DNA of 64,000 nucleotides from Anaeramoeba ignava BMAN (lineage: Eukaryota > Protista > Anaeramoebae): assembly GCA_028826165.1 (NCBI GenBank), contig JAPDFW010000101.1, positions 62,001-126,000 on the forward strand, in the 5' to 3' direction. A program made the position numbers and the translations under genes. Positions 1 through 11,320 of the stretch are shown piece after piece; the first letter of the stretch is position 1; each line of letters opens with the position of its first letter. The notes beneath the pieces were generated by a model. That model saw only the letters and a program-made list of their open reading frames with translations, searched no databases and had not been told where the DNA came from.

Positions 1-575
1 ATAATTAGTGGTGTTTCTTGATTTTTATTTTTGGCATTGATATCTGCACCTTTTGAAATTAGATTTTCAATAATTTCAATTGAAATATTTCTATTTTGAC
101 AAGCAAAATGTAAAGGAGTTTCTTCATCTTTATTTTTGACATTGATATCTGCACCTTTTGAAATTAGATTTTCAATAATTTCAATTGAAATATTTCTATT
201 TTGACAAACAAAATGTAAAGGAGTTTCTTGATTATGTTTATTTATGGCATTGATATCTGCTCCATTTGAAATTAGAATTTTAATAATTTCAACTGAATTT
301 TGGTTTATATTTTGATTTTGACAATTTAAATGTAAAGGTGTTTCTTCAAATTTATTTTTGATATTTACATCTGCACCTTTTGAAATTAGAATTTTAATAA
401 TTTTAATTGAATTTTGGTTGTGATTTTGATTTCTGCAAGATAAATGTAAAGGAGTTTCTTCAAATTTATTTTTTGCATTAACATTTACCCCTTTTTCAAT
501 TAATTTTTTAACAGATTTTAATAAATCTCTTTCACAAGCAGAAAATATATCTATTTTAGAATTTGATTTACCCAT
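1..575 (-). CDS. Ankyrin-repeat protein, 5' part (runs off window start); probably another member of the ANK-BTB cluster
   Basis: Reverse-strand reading from ATG at 575 gives MGKSNSKIDIFSACERDLLKSVKKLIEKGVNVNAKNKFEETPLHLSCRNQNHNQNSIKIIKILISKGADVNIKNKFEETPLHL..., a series of TPLH ankyrin repeats. Not in the ORF track because it has no stop inside the window. Confidence 0.9.
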   Translation of the reverse strand, partial: MGKSNSKIDIFSACERDLLKSVKKLIEKGVNVNAKNKFEETPLHLSCRNQNHNQNSIKIIKILISKGADVNIKNKFEETPLHLNCQNQNINQNSVEIIKILISNGADINAINKHNQETPLHFVCQNRNISIEIIENLISKGADINVKNKDEETPLHFACQNRNISIEIIENLISKGADINAKNKNQETPLI

Positions 576-661
576 CTTTTTTAAAATAATTTACAAAAAA
601 AAAATAAAAATCAAAATAACCATTTTTCATTTTTCATTTTTTTCATTTTTTTCTTTTCCAA

Positions 662-3600
662 ATGAATATGAATAAAATTTATGAAATTATAAAAGAAAAT
701 GAAATTGAAAAATTAAAAGAAATTTTAAAAGAAAATTCAAAAGAAATTAAAGAAAAAGAAAAAAAGAAAATAATAAAATATTCAATAAAACAAAAAGTTA
801 ATAAAGAAATAATTGAATATTTAATAACAAAAGAAATCAAAGATATTAATTTTAAAGATAGAAAAGGAAGAAATTTATTACACATTTCAATTAAAAAACA
901 AAATAAAATTGAAATTATTAAATTATTAGTTTCCAAAAGAATAAACATTAATTCAAAAGATAAAAAAGGAAAAACAATATTATATTATTCAATAAAATAT
1001 TTACAAAATCAAAATTTAATTGAATTTATTGAATATTTAATTTCTAAAGGAATTAATATTAATTCAAAAACAAGAGAAAATGAAACAATATTACATTTTG
1101 CATGTAAATACAATTCAATTAAAATTATTGAATATTTAATTTCCAAAGGAATTAATATTAATTCAAAAACAAATCGAAATGAAACAATATTACATTTTGC
1201 ATGTAAAAAGAATACACTTGAAATTATTAAATATTTAATATCCAAAGGAATTAATATTAATTCAATAACCAAATGGAATGAAACAATATTACATTATGCA
1301 TGTAAAAAAAATTCACTTGAAGTTATTAAATATTTAATATCTAAAGGAATTAATATTAATTCAAAAACAAATCGAAATGAAACAATATTACATTTTGCAT
1401 GTAAAAAAAATTCACTTGAAGTTATTAAATATTTAATTTCCAAAGGAATTGGTATTCATTCAATAACCAAATGGAATGAAACAATATTACATTATGCATG
1501 TAAAAAAAATTCACTTGAAGTTATTGAATATTTAATATCACAAGGAATTGATATTCATTCAAAATCAATATGGAATAAAACATGTTTACATTCAGTTTGT
1601 CAATACAATCCAAAATTAGAAATTATTGAATATTTGATATCACAAGGAATTGATTTATATGAAAAAACGAATTACAATGAAACAATATTACATTTAGCTT
1701 GCCGAAATGAACCATCAATTCAAATTATTGAATATTTAATATCAAAAGGACTTGATATTAATTCAAAAACAAATCGAAATGAAACTGCTTTACATTTTGC
1801 TTGCCAATCAGATCCATCAATAGAAATTATTGAATATTTAATTTCCAAAGGAATTGATATTAATGCAAAAACAAATCGAAATGAAACTGTTTTACATTTA
1901 GCTTGCCAATCAGATGCATCAATCGAAGTTATTGAATATTTGATTTCCAAAGGAATTGATATTAATGCAAAAACAAACGATAATGAAACTGCTTTACATT
2001 TAGCTTGTCTATATAATTCATCACTTGAAGTTATTGAATGTTTGATTTCCAAAGGAATTGATATTAATGCAAAAACAAATCATAATGAAACAGCTTTACA
2101 TTTTGCTTGTCTATCTAATTCATCATTAGAAATTATTGAGTATTTAATTTCCAAAGGAATTGATATTAATGAAAAAACAAATTATAATGAAACAGTTTTT
2201 CATTATGCTTGCCAATATAATCCATCAATAGAAGTTGTTAAGTATTTAATTTCCAAAGGAATTGATATTAATGCAAAAACAAACGATAATGAAACTGCTT
2301 TACATTATGCTTGCGAAAACAATTCATCACTTGAAGTTATTGAATATTTAATTTCCAAAGGAATTGATATTAATGAAAAAACAAATTATAATCAAACTGC
2401 TTTGCATTTAGCTTGCCAATACAATACATCAATACAAGCTATTGAATATTTGATTTCCAAAGGAATTGATATTAATGCAAAAACAAATCAAAATCAAACA
2501 GCTTTACACTATGCTTGCCAAAATAATCCATCACTTGAAGTTACTGAATATTTGATTTCCAAAGGAATTGATATTAATGCCAAAACAAATAGAAATGAAA
2601 CTGCTTTACATTTTGCTTGCGAAAACAATTCATCAATAGAAGTTATTGAATATCTGATTTCCAAAGGAATTGATATTAATGAAAAAACAAATTATAATCA
2701 AACAGCTTTACATTTAGCTTGCCAATACAATACATCAATACAAGCTATTGAATATTTGATTTCCAAAGGAATTGATATTAATGCCAAAACAAATCGAAAT
2801 CAAACAGCTTTACACTTATCTTGTGAATATAATCCATCAATAGAAGTTATTGAATATTTGATTTCCAAAGGAATTGATATTAATGAAAAAACAAATAACA
2901 ATGAAAATGCTTTACATTTAGCTTGCCAATCTAATTCATCAATAGAAGTTATTGAATATTTGATTTCCAAAGGAATTGATATTAATGAAAAAACAAATCA
3001 AAATGAAACTGCTTTACATTATGCTTGCAGATATAATTTTTTCCAAATTATTGAATATTTGATTTCCAAAGGAATTGATATTAATGCAAAAACAAATCGA
3101 AATGAAACTGCTTTGCATTATGCTTGCCAAAATAATCCATCATTAAAAGTTATTGAATATTTGATTTCCAAAGGAATTGATATTAATGCCAAAACAAATC
3201 AAAATCAAACTGCTTTACATTTAGCTTGCCAATTTAATTCAATTCGAATTATTGAATATCTTATTTCCAAAGGAATTGATATTAATGCAAAAACAAATGA
3301 AAATGAAACTGCTCTTTCAATATCAATTAAAAATGAAAATGAAAATGTAATCAAATTTTTATTAATGAATGATGTGAATATTGATAATTTGAAACAAAAA
3401 CATATTACAAAACAATTTATTGAATTATTTTCTCAAATTTATTCAATTAATGAAGATTTAAATAATTTATTGAAATCTAATGATAATTTTTCAGATTTAA
3501 TAATTCAATCAAATGATTCATTTAAATTTAAAGTTCATAAATTAATATTATTAACAAGATTTGATAATAATGAATTAATTTTACAAAAATTTATCAATAA

Positions 3601-4174
3601 TTGTTATCAAAAATCAAAAAAAGAAATTGAAATTATTTTAAATTTCCTTTATACAGGATTTTCTAATTTTGATAAAATTATTCAATTAAAAAATGAAAAT
3701 GAAAATGAAGAATATAAAAAAATAACAAAATTTTTTAAAGAAATTGAAATTGAAACAAATTGGATTGAAAATAAAAAAGGAAGAAAAGGAATAATAAAAG
3801 ATTTATCAAAATTATATCAACAAAATGAAACCAAAGATTTTACAATAATTTGTGAAGAAAAAGAAATTAAAATTCATAAATTAATATTAATAATAAGAAG
3901 TGAATTATTCAAAGGAATGTTTCAATTAAATATTCAAGATTCATCAAATCAAGTTCATGATTATTCACAAAAATCATTTGAAACAATTAAAGAATTAATT
4001 TATTTCCTTTATCATGATAATTTTTCAAAAGAAATTATTTTAGAAGAATATTTTGATTTAAAAGATTATTATCAATTAAATCCAAATTCAATAATTGATT
4101 TAATTTTAAAAGAATTAAAAATTAAATTAAAAATTAAAAAAATCATTTTTTTCATTTTTTTCATTTTAAATTAA
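662..4174 (+). CDS. Ankyrin-repeat (~25 repeats) plus tandem BTB/POZ protein (ANK-BTB-BTB), intronless
   Basis: 99/102-bp tandem repeats encode DINAKTNxNETALHxACxxNxSxEVIEYLISKGI. The C-terminus has two BTB-like motifs: FSDLIIQSNDSFKFKVHKLILLTR...ILNFLYTG and KDFTIICEEKEIKIHKLILIIRSELFKGMF...IYFLYHD. Confidence 0.92.
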   Translation: MNMNKIYEIIKENEIEKLKEILKENSKEIKEKEKKKIIKYSIKQKVNKEIIEYLITKEIKDINFKDRKGRNLLHISIKKQNKIEIIKLLVSKRININSKDKKGKTILYYSIKYLQNQNLIEFIEYLISKGININSKTRENETILHFACKYNSIKIIEYLISKGININSKTNRNETILHFACKKNTLEIIKYLISKGININSITKWNETILHYACKKNSLEVIKYLISKGININSKTNRNETILHFACKKNSLEVIKYLISKGIGIHSITKWNETILHYACKKNSLEVIEYLISQGIDIHSKSIWNKTCLHSVCQYNPKLEIIEYLISQGIDLYEKTNYNETILHLACRNEPSIQIIEYLISKGLDINSKTNRNETALHFACQSDPSIEIIEYLISKGIDINAKTNRNETVLHLACQSDASIEVIEYLISKGIDINAKTNDNETALHLACLYNSSLEVIECLISKGIDINAKTNHNETALHFACLSNSSLEIIEYLISKGIDINEKTNYNETVFHYACQYNPSIEVVKYLISKGIDINAKTNDNETALHYACENNSSLEVIEYLISKGIDINEKTNYNQTALHLACQYNTSIQAIEYLISKGIDINAKTNQNQTALHYACQNNPSLEVTEYLISKGIDINAKTNRNETALHFACENNSSIEVIEYLISKGIDINEKTNYNQTALHLACQYNTSIQAIEYLISKGIDINAKTNRNQTALHLSCEYNPSIEVIEYLISKGIDINEKTNNNENALHLACQSNSSIEVIEYLISKGIDINEKTNQNETALHYACRYNFFQIIEYLISKGIDINAKTNRNETALHYACQNNPSLKVIEYLISKGIDINAKTNQNQTALHLACQFNSIRIIEYLISKGIDINAKTNENETALSISIKNENENVIKFLLMNDVNIDNLKQKHITKQFIELFSQIYSINEDLNNLLKSNDNFSDLIIQSNDSFKFKVHKLILLTRFDNNELILQKFINNCYQKSKKEIEIILNFLYTGFSNFDKIIQLKNENENEEYKKITKFFKEIEIETNWIENKKGRKGIIKDLSKLYQQNETKDFTIICEEKEIKIHKLILIIRSELFKGMFQLNIQDSSNQVHDYSQKSFETIKELIYFLYHDNFSKEIILEEYFDLKDYYQLNPNSIIDLILKELKIKLKIKKIIFFIFFILN

Positions 4175-4182
4175 ATAATAAA

Positions 4183-6401
4183 ATGTATTTTGACATTTTA
4201 GCAAATCCATTAATTGATGCTTGTCAAAGAAATTCATTGAAAGATATTAAAAAATTAGTTTCCAAAGGAGAAGATGTTAATACTGAAAATAATTATGGAG
4301 AAACTCCTTTACATATTCTTTGTCGATATGAATTTGAAAAGAAAATCAAAGCTGTCAAATTTCTAATTTCAAAAAATGCAGATATCAATGCCAAAAATAA
4401 AAATGACGAAACAATATTACATTATGCTTGTAGAAGTTACAATCCAAAATTGTTTAAAAATATCCAATTTCTTATTTCCAAAAATGCAGATATCAATACC
4501 AAAAATAAAAATGAAGAAACTCCTTTACATTTACTTTGTAAAATTGAGAATTCATTTGAAATTATCCAATTTCTTATTTCCAAAAATGCAGATATCAATG
4601 CCAAAAATAAAAATGATGAAACAATATTACATTATGCTTGTCAAAGTCAAAATAAAAATCCTTTTGAAATTATTCAATTTCTGATTTCAAAAGGAGCAGA
4701 TATCAATGCCAAAAATCAAAATCAAGAAACTCCATTAAATTTAATTTGTAAAAATGAAAATTCATTTGAAATTATTGATTTTCTTGTTTCAAATGGAGCT
4801 GATATAAATATCAAAAATAATGATAATGAAACAATATTGCATTATGTTTGTAAATATCAACGTAACAATTTATTTGAAATTATCAAATTTTTTGTTTCCA
4901 AAGGTGCAGATGTAAATGCCAAAAATAAGAATGATGAAACGATATTACATTATACTTATCAAAGTCATAATCCAAATTTATTTGAAATTATTAAATTTCT
5001 TATTTCCAAAAATGCAGATATCAATGCCAAAAATCAAAATGAAGAAACAATATTACATTATGCTTGTAGAAGTTACAATCCAAAATTATTTGAAATTATT
5101 CAATTTCTTATTTTAAATGGAGCAGAAATTAATTTCAAAAATAAAGAAAAAGAAACATATTTACATTTAGTCTGTCAAAATGAAAATCCAAATTCAATTG
5201 AAATTGTTAAATTATTTATTTCAAAAGAAATTGATATTAATTCCAAAAATAACAATGATGAAACTCCATTACATTATGCTTGTAAAAGTAGAAATCCAAA
5301 ATTATTTGAAATTATCAAATTTCTTGTTACAAATGAAGCAGATATCAATGCTAAAAACAACAATTATGAAACTCCATTACATTTCATTTGCAAAAATAAA
5401 AATAAAAATTCATTTAAAGTTATCAAATTTCTTGTTTCTAAAGAAGTAGAAATCAATCCAAAAAACAAAAATGATGAAACTCCATTAGATTTAATTTGTG
5501 AAAATGAAAACGAAAACTTGAATAAATCTATTAAATTTCTTTTTTCAAAAGAAGCAATTTTTAATTCCAAAAATAATTCTAAAGAAAAACTTCTTTTAAA
5601 ATCAATTCAAAAAAAGAATATACAACTTACTAAAATTTTATTAATGAATGATGCAAATATATTTGATTTACCAAAAATTTAATCACAAAACAATTAATTA
5701 ATTTAATTTCTCAAATTTATTCAATTAATCAAGATTTAAATAATTTATTAAAATCAAATAATAATTTTTCAGATTTAATAATTCAATCAAATGATTCATT
5801 TAAATTTAAAGTTCATAAATTAATATTATTAACAAGATTTGATAATAATGAATTAATTTTACAAAAATTTATTAATAATTGTTATCAAAAACCAAAAGAA
5901 GAAATTGAAATTATTTTAAATTTCCTTTATACAGGATTTTCTAATTTTGATAAAATTATTCAATTAAAAAATGAAAATGAAAATGAAGAATATAAAAAAA
6001 TAACAAAATTTTTTAAAGAAATTGAAATTGAAACAAATTGGATTGAAAATAAAAAAGGAAGAAAAGGAATAATAAAAGATTTATCAAAATTATATGAACA
6101 AAATGAAACCAAAGATTTTACAATAATTTGTGAAGAAAAAGAAATTAAAATTCATAAATTAATATTAATAATAAGAAGTGAATTATTTAAAGGAATGTTT
6201 CAATTAAATATTCAAGATTCATCAAATCAAGTTCATGATTATTCACAAAAATCATTTAAAACAATTCAAGAATTAATTTATTTTCTTTATCATGATAATT
6301 TTTCAAAAGAAAATATTTCAAAAGAATATTTTGATTTAAAAGATTATTATCAATTAAATCCAAATTCAATAATTGATTTAATTTTAAAAGAATTAAAATA
6401 A
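4183..6401 (+). CDS. ANK-BTB-BTB protein with one frameshift near 5677 (sequencing error or pseudogene)
   Basis: Ankyrin ORF 4183-5682 continues in another frame into a BTB-BTB cassette nearly identical to that of 662..4174, ending TAA at 6401. The paralog reads CCAAAAGAATTAATC at ~8201 where this copy reads CCAAAAATTTAATC (1 nt shorter). Confidence 0.85.
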
Positions 6402-6485
6402 TAAAAAATTAAATTAAATTAAAAAAATTATTTTTTTCATTTTTTTCATTTTTTTCATTTTTTTCATTTTAAATTAAATAATAAA

Positions 6486-8939
6486 ATGGATTTTGAAAAT
6501 TTAAGAAATCCATTAATTGATGCTTTTCAAAGAAATTCATTGAAAGATATTAAAGAATTAGTTTCCAAAGGAGAAGATGTTAATGCGAGAAATCAAAATC
6601 AAGAAACTCCTTTACATTTTCTTTTTCTATATCAATCTGAAAATACAATTAAGACTGTTAAATTTCTTATTTCCAAAGGTGCAGATATCAATGCCAAAAA
6701 TCTAAATGACGAAACTCCTTTACATTATGCTTGTAGAAGTCGAAATCAAGATCTATTTGAAACTATTCAATTTTTTGTTTCCAAAGGAGCAGATATCAAT
6801 GTCAAAAATCGATATAATGGAGAAACTCCTTTGCATTTTATTTGTCGAAATACAAACCAAAATTCAATTAAAATTATTCAATTTTTCATTTCCAAAAATG
6901 CAGATATCAATACCAAAAATAAAAATGAAGAAACTCCTTTACATTTACTTTGTCAAAGTCAAAATAAAAATGCAATTAAATCTGTTAAATTTCTTATTTC
7001 CAAAAATGCAGATATCAATGCCAAAAATAAAAATGAAGAAACAATATTACATTATGCTTGTCAAAGTCAAAATAAAAATCCTTTTAAAATTATTAAATTT
7101 CTTGTTTCCAAAAATGCAGATGTAAATGCCAAAAATAAGAATGATGAAACAATATTACATTATGCTTGTCAAAGTCAAAATAAAAATCCTTTTGAAATTA
7201 TTAAATTTCTGATTTCCAAAGGAGCAGATATCAATGCCAAAAATCAAAATCAAGAAACTCCATTAAATTTAATTTGTAAAAATGAAAATTCATTTGAAAT
7301 TATTGATTTTCTTGTTTCAAATGGAGCTGATATAAATATCAAAAATAATGATAATGAAACAATATTACATTATGTTTGTAAATATCAACGTAACAATTTA
7401 TTTGAAATTATCAAATTTTTTGTTTCCAAAAATGCAGATGTAAATGCCAAAAATAAGAATGATGAAACGATATTACATTATACTTATCAAAGTCATAATC
7501 CAAATTTATTTGAAATTATTAAATTTCTTATTTCCAAAAATGCAGATATCAATGCCAAAAATCAAAATGAAGAAACAATATTACATTATGCTTGTAGAAG
7601 TTACAATCCAAAATTATTTGAAACTATTCAATTTCTTATTTCAAATGGAGCAGAAATTAATTTCAAAAATAAAGAAAAAGAAACATATCTACATTTAGTC
7701 TGTCAAAATGAAAATCCAAATTCAATTGAAATTGTTAAATTATTTATTTCAAAAGAAATTGATATTAATTCCAAAAAAATAACAATGATGAAACTCCATT
7801 ACATTATGCTTGTAAAAGTAGAAATCCAAAATTATTTGAAATTATCAAATTTCTTGTTACAAATGAAGCAGATATCAATGCTAAAAACAACAATTATGAA
7901 ACTCCATTACATTTCATTTGCAAAAATAAAAATAAAAATTCATTTAAAGTTATCAAATTTCTTGTTTCTAAAGAAGTAGAAATCAATCCAAAAAACAAAA
8001 ATGAAGAAACTCCATTAGATTTAATTTATGAAAATGAAAACGAAAACTTGAATAAATCTATTAAATTTCTTTTTTCAAAAGAAGCAATTTTTAATTCCAA
8101 AAATAATTCTAAAGAAAAACTTCTTTTAAAATCAATTCAAGATAATAATATACAACTTACTAAAATTTTATTAATGAATGATGCAAATATATTTGATTTA
8201 CCAAAAGAATTAATCACAAAACAATTAATTAATTTAATTTCTCAAATTTATTCAATTAATCAAGATTTAAATAATTTATTAAAATCAAATAATAATTTTT
8301 CAGATTTTAATAATTCAATCAAATGATTCATTTAAATTTAAAGTTCATAAATTAATATTATTATCAAGATTTGATAATAATGAATTAATTTTACAAAAAT
8401 TTATCAATAATTGTTATCAAAAACCAAAAGAAGAAGTTGAAATTATTTTAAATTTCCTTTATACAGGATTTTCTAATTTTGATAATTTTATTCAATTAAA
8501 AAATGAAAATGAAAATGAAATTGAAGAATATAAAAAAATAACAGAATTTTTTAAAGAAATTGAAATTGAAACAAATTGGATTGAAAATAAAAAAGGAAGA
8601 AAAGGAATAATAAAAGATTTATCAAAATTATATCAACAAAATGAAACCAAAGATTTTACAATAATTTGTGAAAAAAAAGAAATTAAAATTCATAAATTAA
8701 TATTAATATTAAGAAGTGAATTATTTAAAGGAATGTTTCAATTAAATATTCAAGATTCATCAAATCAAGTTCATGATTATTCAGGAAAATCATTTAAAAC
8801 AATTAAAGAATTAATTTATTTTCTTTATCATGATAATTTTTCAAAAGAAAATATTTCAAAAGAATATTTTGATTTAAAAGATTATTATCAATTAAATCCA
8901 AATTCAATAATTGATTTAATTTTAAAAGAATTAAAATAA
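6486..8939 (+). CDS. ANK-BTB-BTB protein, tandem duplicate of 4183..6401, with homopolymer frameshifts at ~7775 (+2 A) and ~8306 (+1 T)
   Basis: ~7140-8939 is nearly identical to ~4615-6401; the N-terminal ankyrin repeats differ and include about two extra units. Both frameshifts lie in A/T runs. Confidence 0.85.
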
Positions 8940-8970
8940 TAAAAAATTTTTAAAAAATTATTTTTTAATG

Positions 8971-11298
8971 TTAATTTATTAAGGATTTATTACTAATAAG
9001 AATTGTTTTCTCATCATCTTTTTCTTTTTCTTTTGTTTTTCTTTTGTTCTTTTTCAAAAGAATAAAAGATAAAATTATTAATCCAATAACAGTAATTGGA
9101 ATAACTGTCGAACAAACAATTATAACTGTTTTTGATTTTTTCGTTTCTTTGCTTGTTTTGATTTGAAATGATTTAATTGTTCCGCATTCTTCATTTGAAT
9201 TACAAGCAGAAACATCAATTTGATATTCTTGATCTGAATATTTGGCTTTAAAACTTGAATTTGTTGTATTAACTGACAAGATTGCGAAATCTTTTTGAGA
9301 AATTGCTTTGTAAGTAAAATTATAATAAGATGGGATAATTGGATCATTTGGTTTATTCCAAAAGCAACTGATATCATAAGTATGCGAAACATAACAAGAA
9401 AAATTCAAAACAGAAGCAAATGTTGTTAAAATCAATGTTGAAAAAATTTGTCCTTCATCTTCTCCATTGCATTGTTCAGTTCTACATCCACAAATGGAAA
9501 TGGAATAATTTGTGAATCTTTCCAAATTATTCAAATTATAAAATGTTGATGAATTTGAAATTGCAACATTGGTTGTTTGATTTGAATTTTGTTTTTGATA
9601 CGAAATGAGATAATGATTTAGTTTTGGAATTGAATCAATAATTGGAACATTTGGATGTTTCCATGAGATTTTAATAGAAGATGTTGATAAAATTTGGGAA
9701 GTGAAATTTTTCACACAATCAATTCTTGTTTTTAAATTTGTTTGGTTTGAAAAATCACTACAAATAAAGGAAGATAAGGATATATTGCAAGCTTTAATTT
9801 GGATTGAATAATCATCATTTCCAGTGATATTTGGATAAAGTGAAGAATTAAAGACCTGATAAAAAACATTATCCACCAAAACTGGTGATTGAATCACATT
9901 GCAAACTGAATTGTATTTAATTTCAAATTCAATTTCACTAAAATTCTGGATTGTTTCTTCCCAATAGCAGCCAAATGAGGAAAACAAAGAAGAGCAATTT
10001 TCAATATTGGTTGTTGGAGGAATATTTGGCCCTTCAAAGAAATAAGCTTTTCCTTGATAGGAGTTATTATCAACTGATGCTCCAAGTGAACCTACAATAA
10101 GAGAATTTCCCCAAACCGAGCAACTGCATCCAAATTGATCATAAGGATCTCCATCACTTGAGCTGACAATCTGGTGTTCGTCCCAGTATGTCCCGTTGAA
10201 ATTAAACATATATGCTTTTCCTTGTCCAGAATTATTCCCAAATTGTGCATTATTAGCACCTACAATGATAAAATTCTCAGAATTTGAAACACTTCTTCCA
10301 AAAAGATCATAAGAAGCTCCATCACTTGCAATTAAAATTTGTAATTGATTCCAATATGTTCCATTAGAATTAAACACATAAGCTTTTCCTTGCGAATTAT
10401 TTGATCCAACATAAGCATTATAAGCTCCAATAACAATATAATTTTGTGTGATCGAAACACTATTTCCAAAATTGTTTTGAGCGTCTCCATCACTTGCAAC
10501 TAAAATTTGGGATTGGTTCCAATATTTTCCATCATAATTAAACATATACGCTTTTCCTTGACAAGATCTCCAATCTATAGTCGCATAAGGTGAGCAAACA
10601 ATGATAAAATTTTCTGCAATTCCAACACTTTTCCCAAATCCATCATAAGGACCTCCATCACTTGCAACTAAAATTTGGGATTGATTCCAATATGTCCCGT
10701 TAAAATTAAACACATAAGCTTTTCCTTGTGATGGATTTGATCCAACAGTTGCGGTTGAAGCACCAACAACTATATAATTTTTCAAAATTGAAACACCTAT
10801 TCCAAAATAGTTTGCAGAAGCTCCATCACTTGCTGTTAAAATTTGAAATAAATTCCAATTTGTCCCATTAAAATTAAACACATAAGCTTTTCCTTGTGAA
10901 CTATTTGATCCTACACTTGCATAAGGTGAACCAACAATGATAAAATTGTCATAAATTGAAACTTCCCATCCAAATTGATCATTTGAAGCCCCATCAATTG
11001 CTGTTAAATTTTGAAATAAATTCCAATTTGTTCCGTTAAAATTAAACACATAAACTTTTCCTTGTGAACTATTTGATCCTACACTTGCATAAGGTGAACT
11101 TGAAACGAAAAAATTATCGAAAATGGAAATACTTGATCCAAAACGATCATTTGAAAATCCATTTTTTACATTTATTTTTTCTTTTTCAATCCATTCTTTA
11201 ACGTTTTTTATTGGTTTTTCATTTAAATTTAAAATGGAAAATATTATCAAAAGAAATTGAAGAATCAAAATTAATTTTTTGTTTTGAATTTTTTTCAT
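8971..11298 (-). CDS. Type-I membrane protein: signal peptide, FG-GAP (integrin-alpha-like) beta-propeller, fibronectin type III domains, TM, short tail
   Basis: Six to seven ~56-aa repeats ASDGxxxDxFGxSVSIxxNxIVVGAxxAxVGSNxxQGKAYVFNxNGTxWNQxQIL; FN3 motifs (SIKISWKHP...YLISY...LNNLERFTNYSISI); TM VIIVCSTVIPITVIGLIILSFILL; tail dileucine-type motif EKTILI. Confidence 0.88.
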   Translation of the reverse strand: MKKIQNKKLILILQFLLIIFSILNLNEKPIKNVKEWIEKEKINVKNGFSNDRFGSSISIFDNFFVSSSPYASVGSNSSQGKVYVFNFNGTNWNLFQNLTAIDGASNDQFGWEVSIYDNFIIVGSPYASVGSNSSQGKAYVFNFNGTNWNLFQILTASDGASANYFGIGVSILKNYIVVGASTATVGSNPSQGKAYVFNFNGTYWNQSQILVASDGGPYDGFGKSVGIAENFIIVCSPYATIDWRSCQGKAYMFNYDGKYWNQSQILVASDGDAQNNFGNSVSITQNYIVIGAYNAYVGSNNSQGKAYVFNSNGTYWNQLQILIASDGASYDLFGRSVSNSENFIIVGANNAQFGNNSGQGKAYMFNFNGTYWDEHQIVSSSDGDPYDQFGCSCSVWGNSLIVGSLGASVDNNSYQGKAYFFEGPNIPPTTNIENCSSLFSSFGCYWEETIQNFSEIEFEIKYNSVCNVIQSPVLVDNVFYQVFNSSLYPNITGNDDYSIQIKACNISLSSFICSDFSNQTNLKTRIDCVKNFTSQILSTSSIKISWKHPNVPIIDSIPKLNHYLISYQKQNSNQTTNVAISNSSTFYNLNNLERFTNYSISICGCRTEQCNGEDEGQIFSTLILTTFASVLNFSCYVSHTYDISCFWNKPNDPIIPSYYNFTYKAISQKDFAILSVNTTNSSFKAKYSDQEYQIDVSACNSNEECGTIKSFQIKTSKETKKSKTVIIVCSTVIPITVIGLIILSFILLKKNKRKTKEKEKDDEKTILISNKSLIN

Positions 11299-11320
11299 TT
11301 TTTTATTTTATTTTTAAAAA

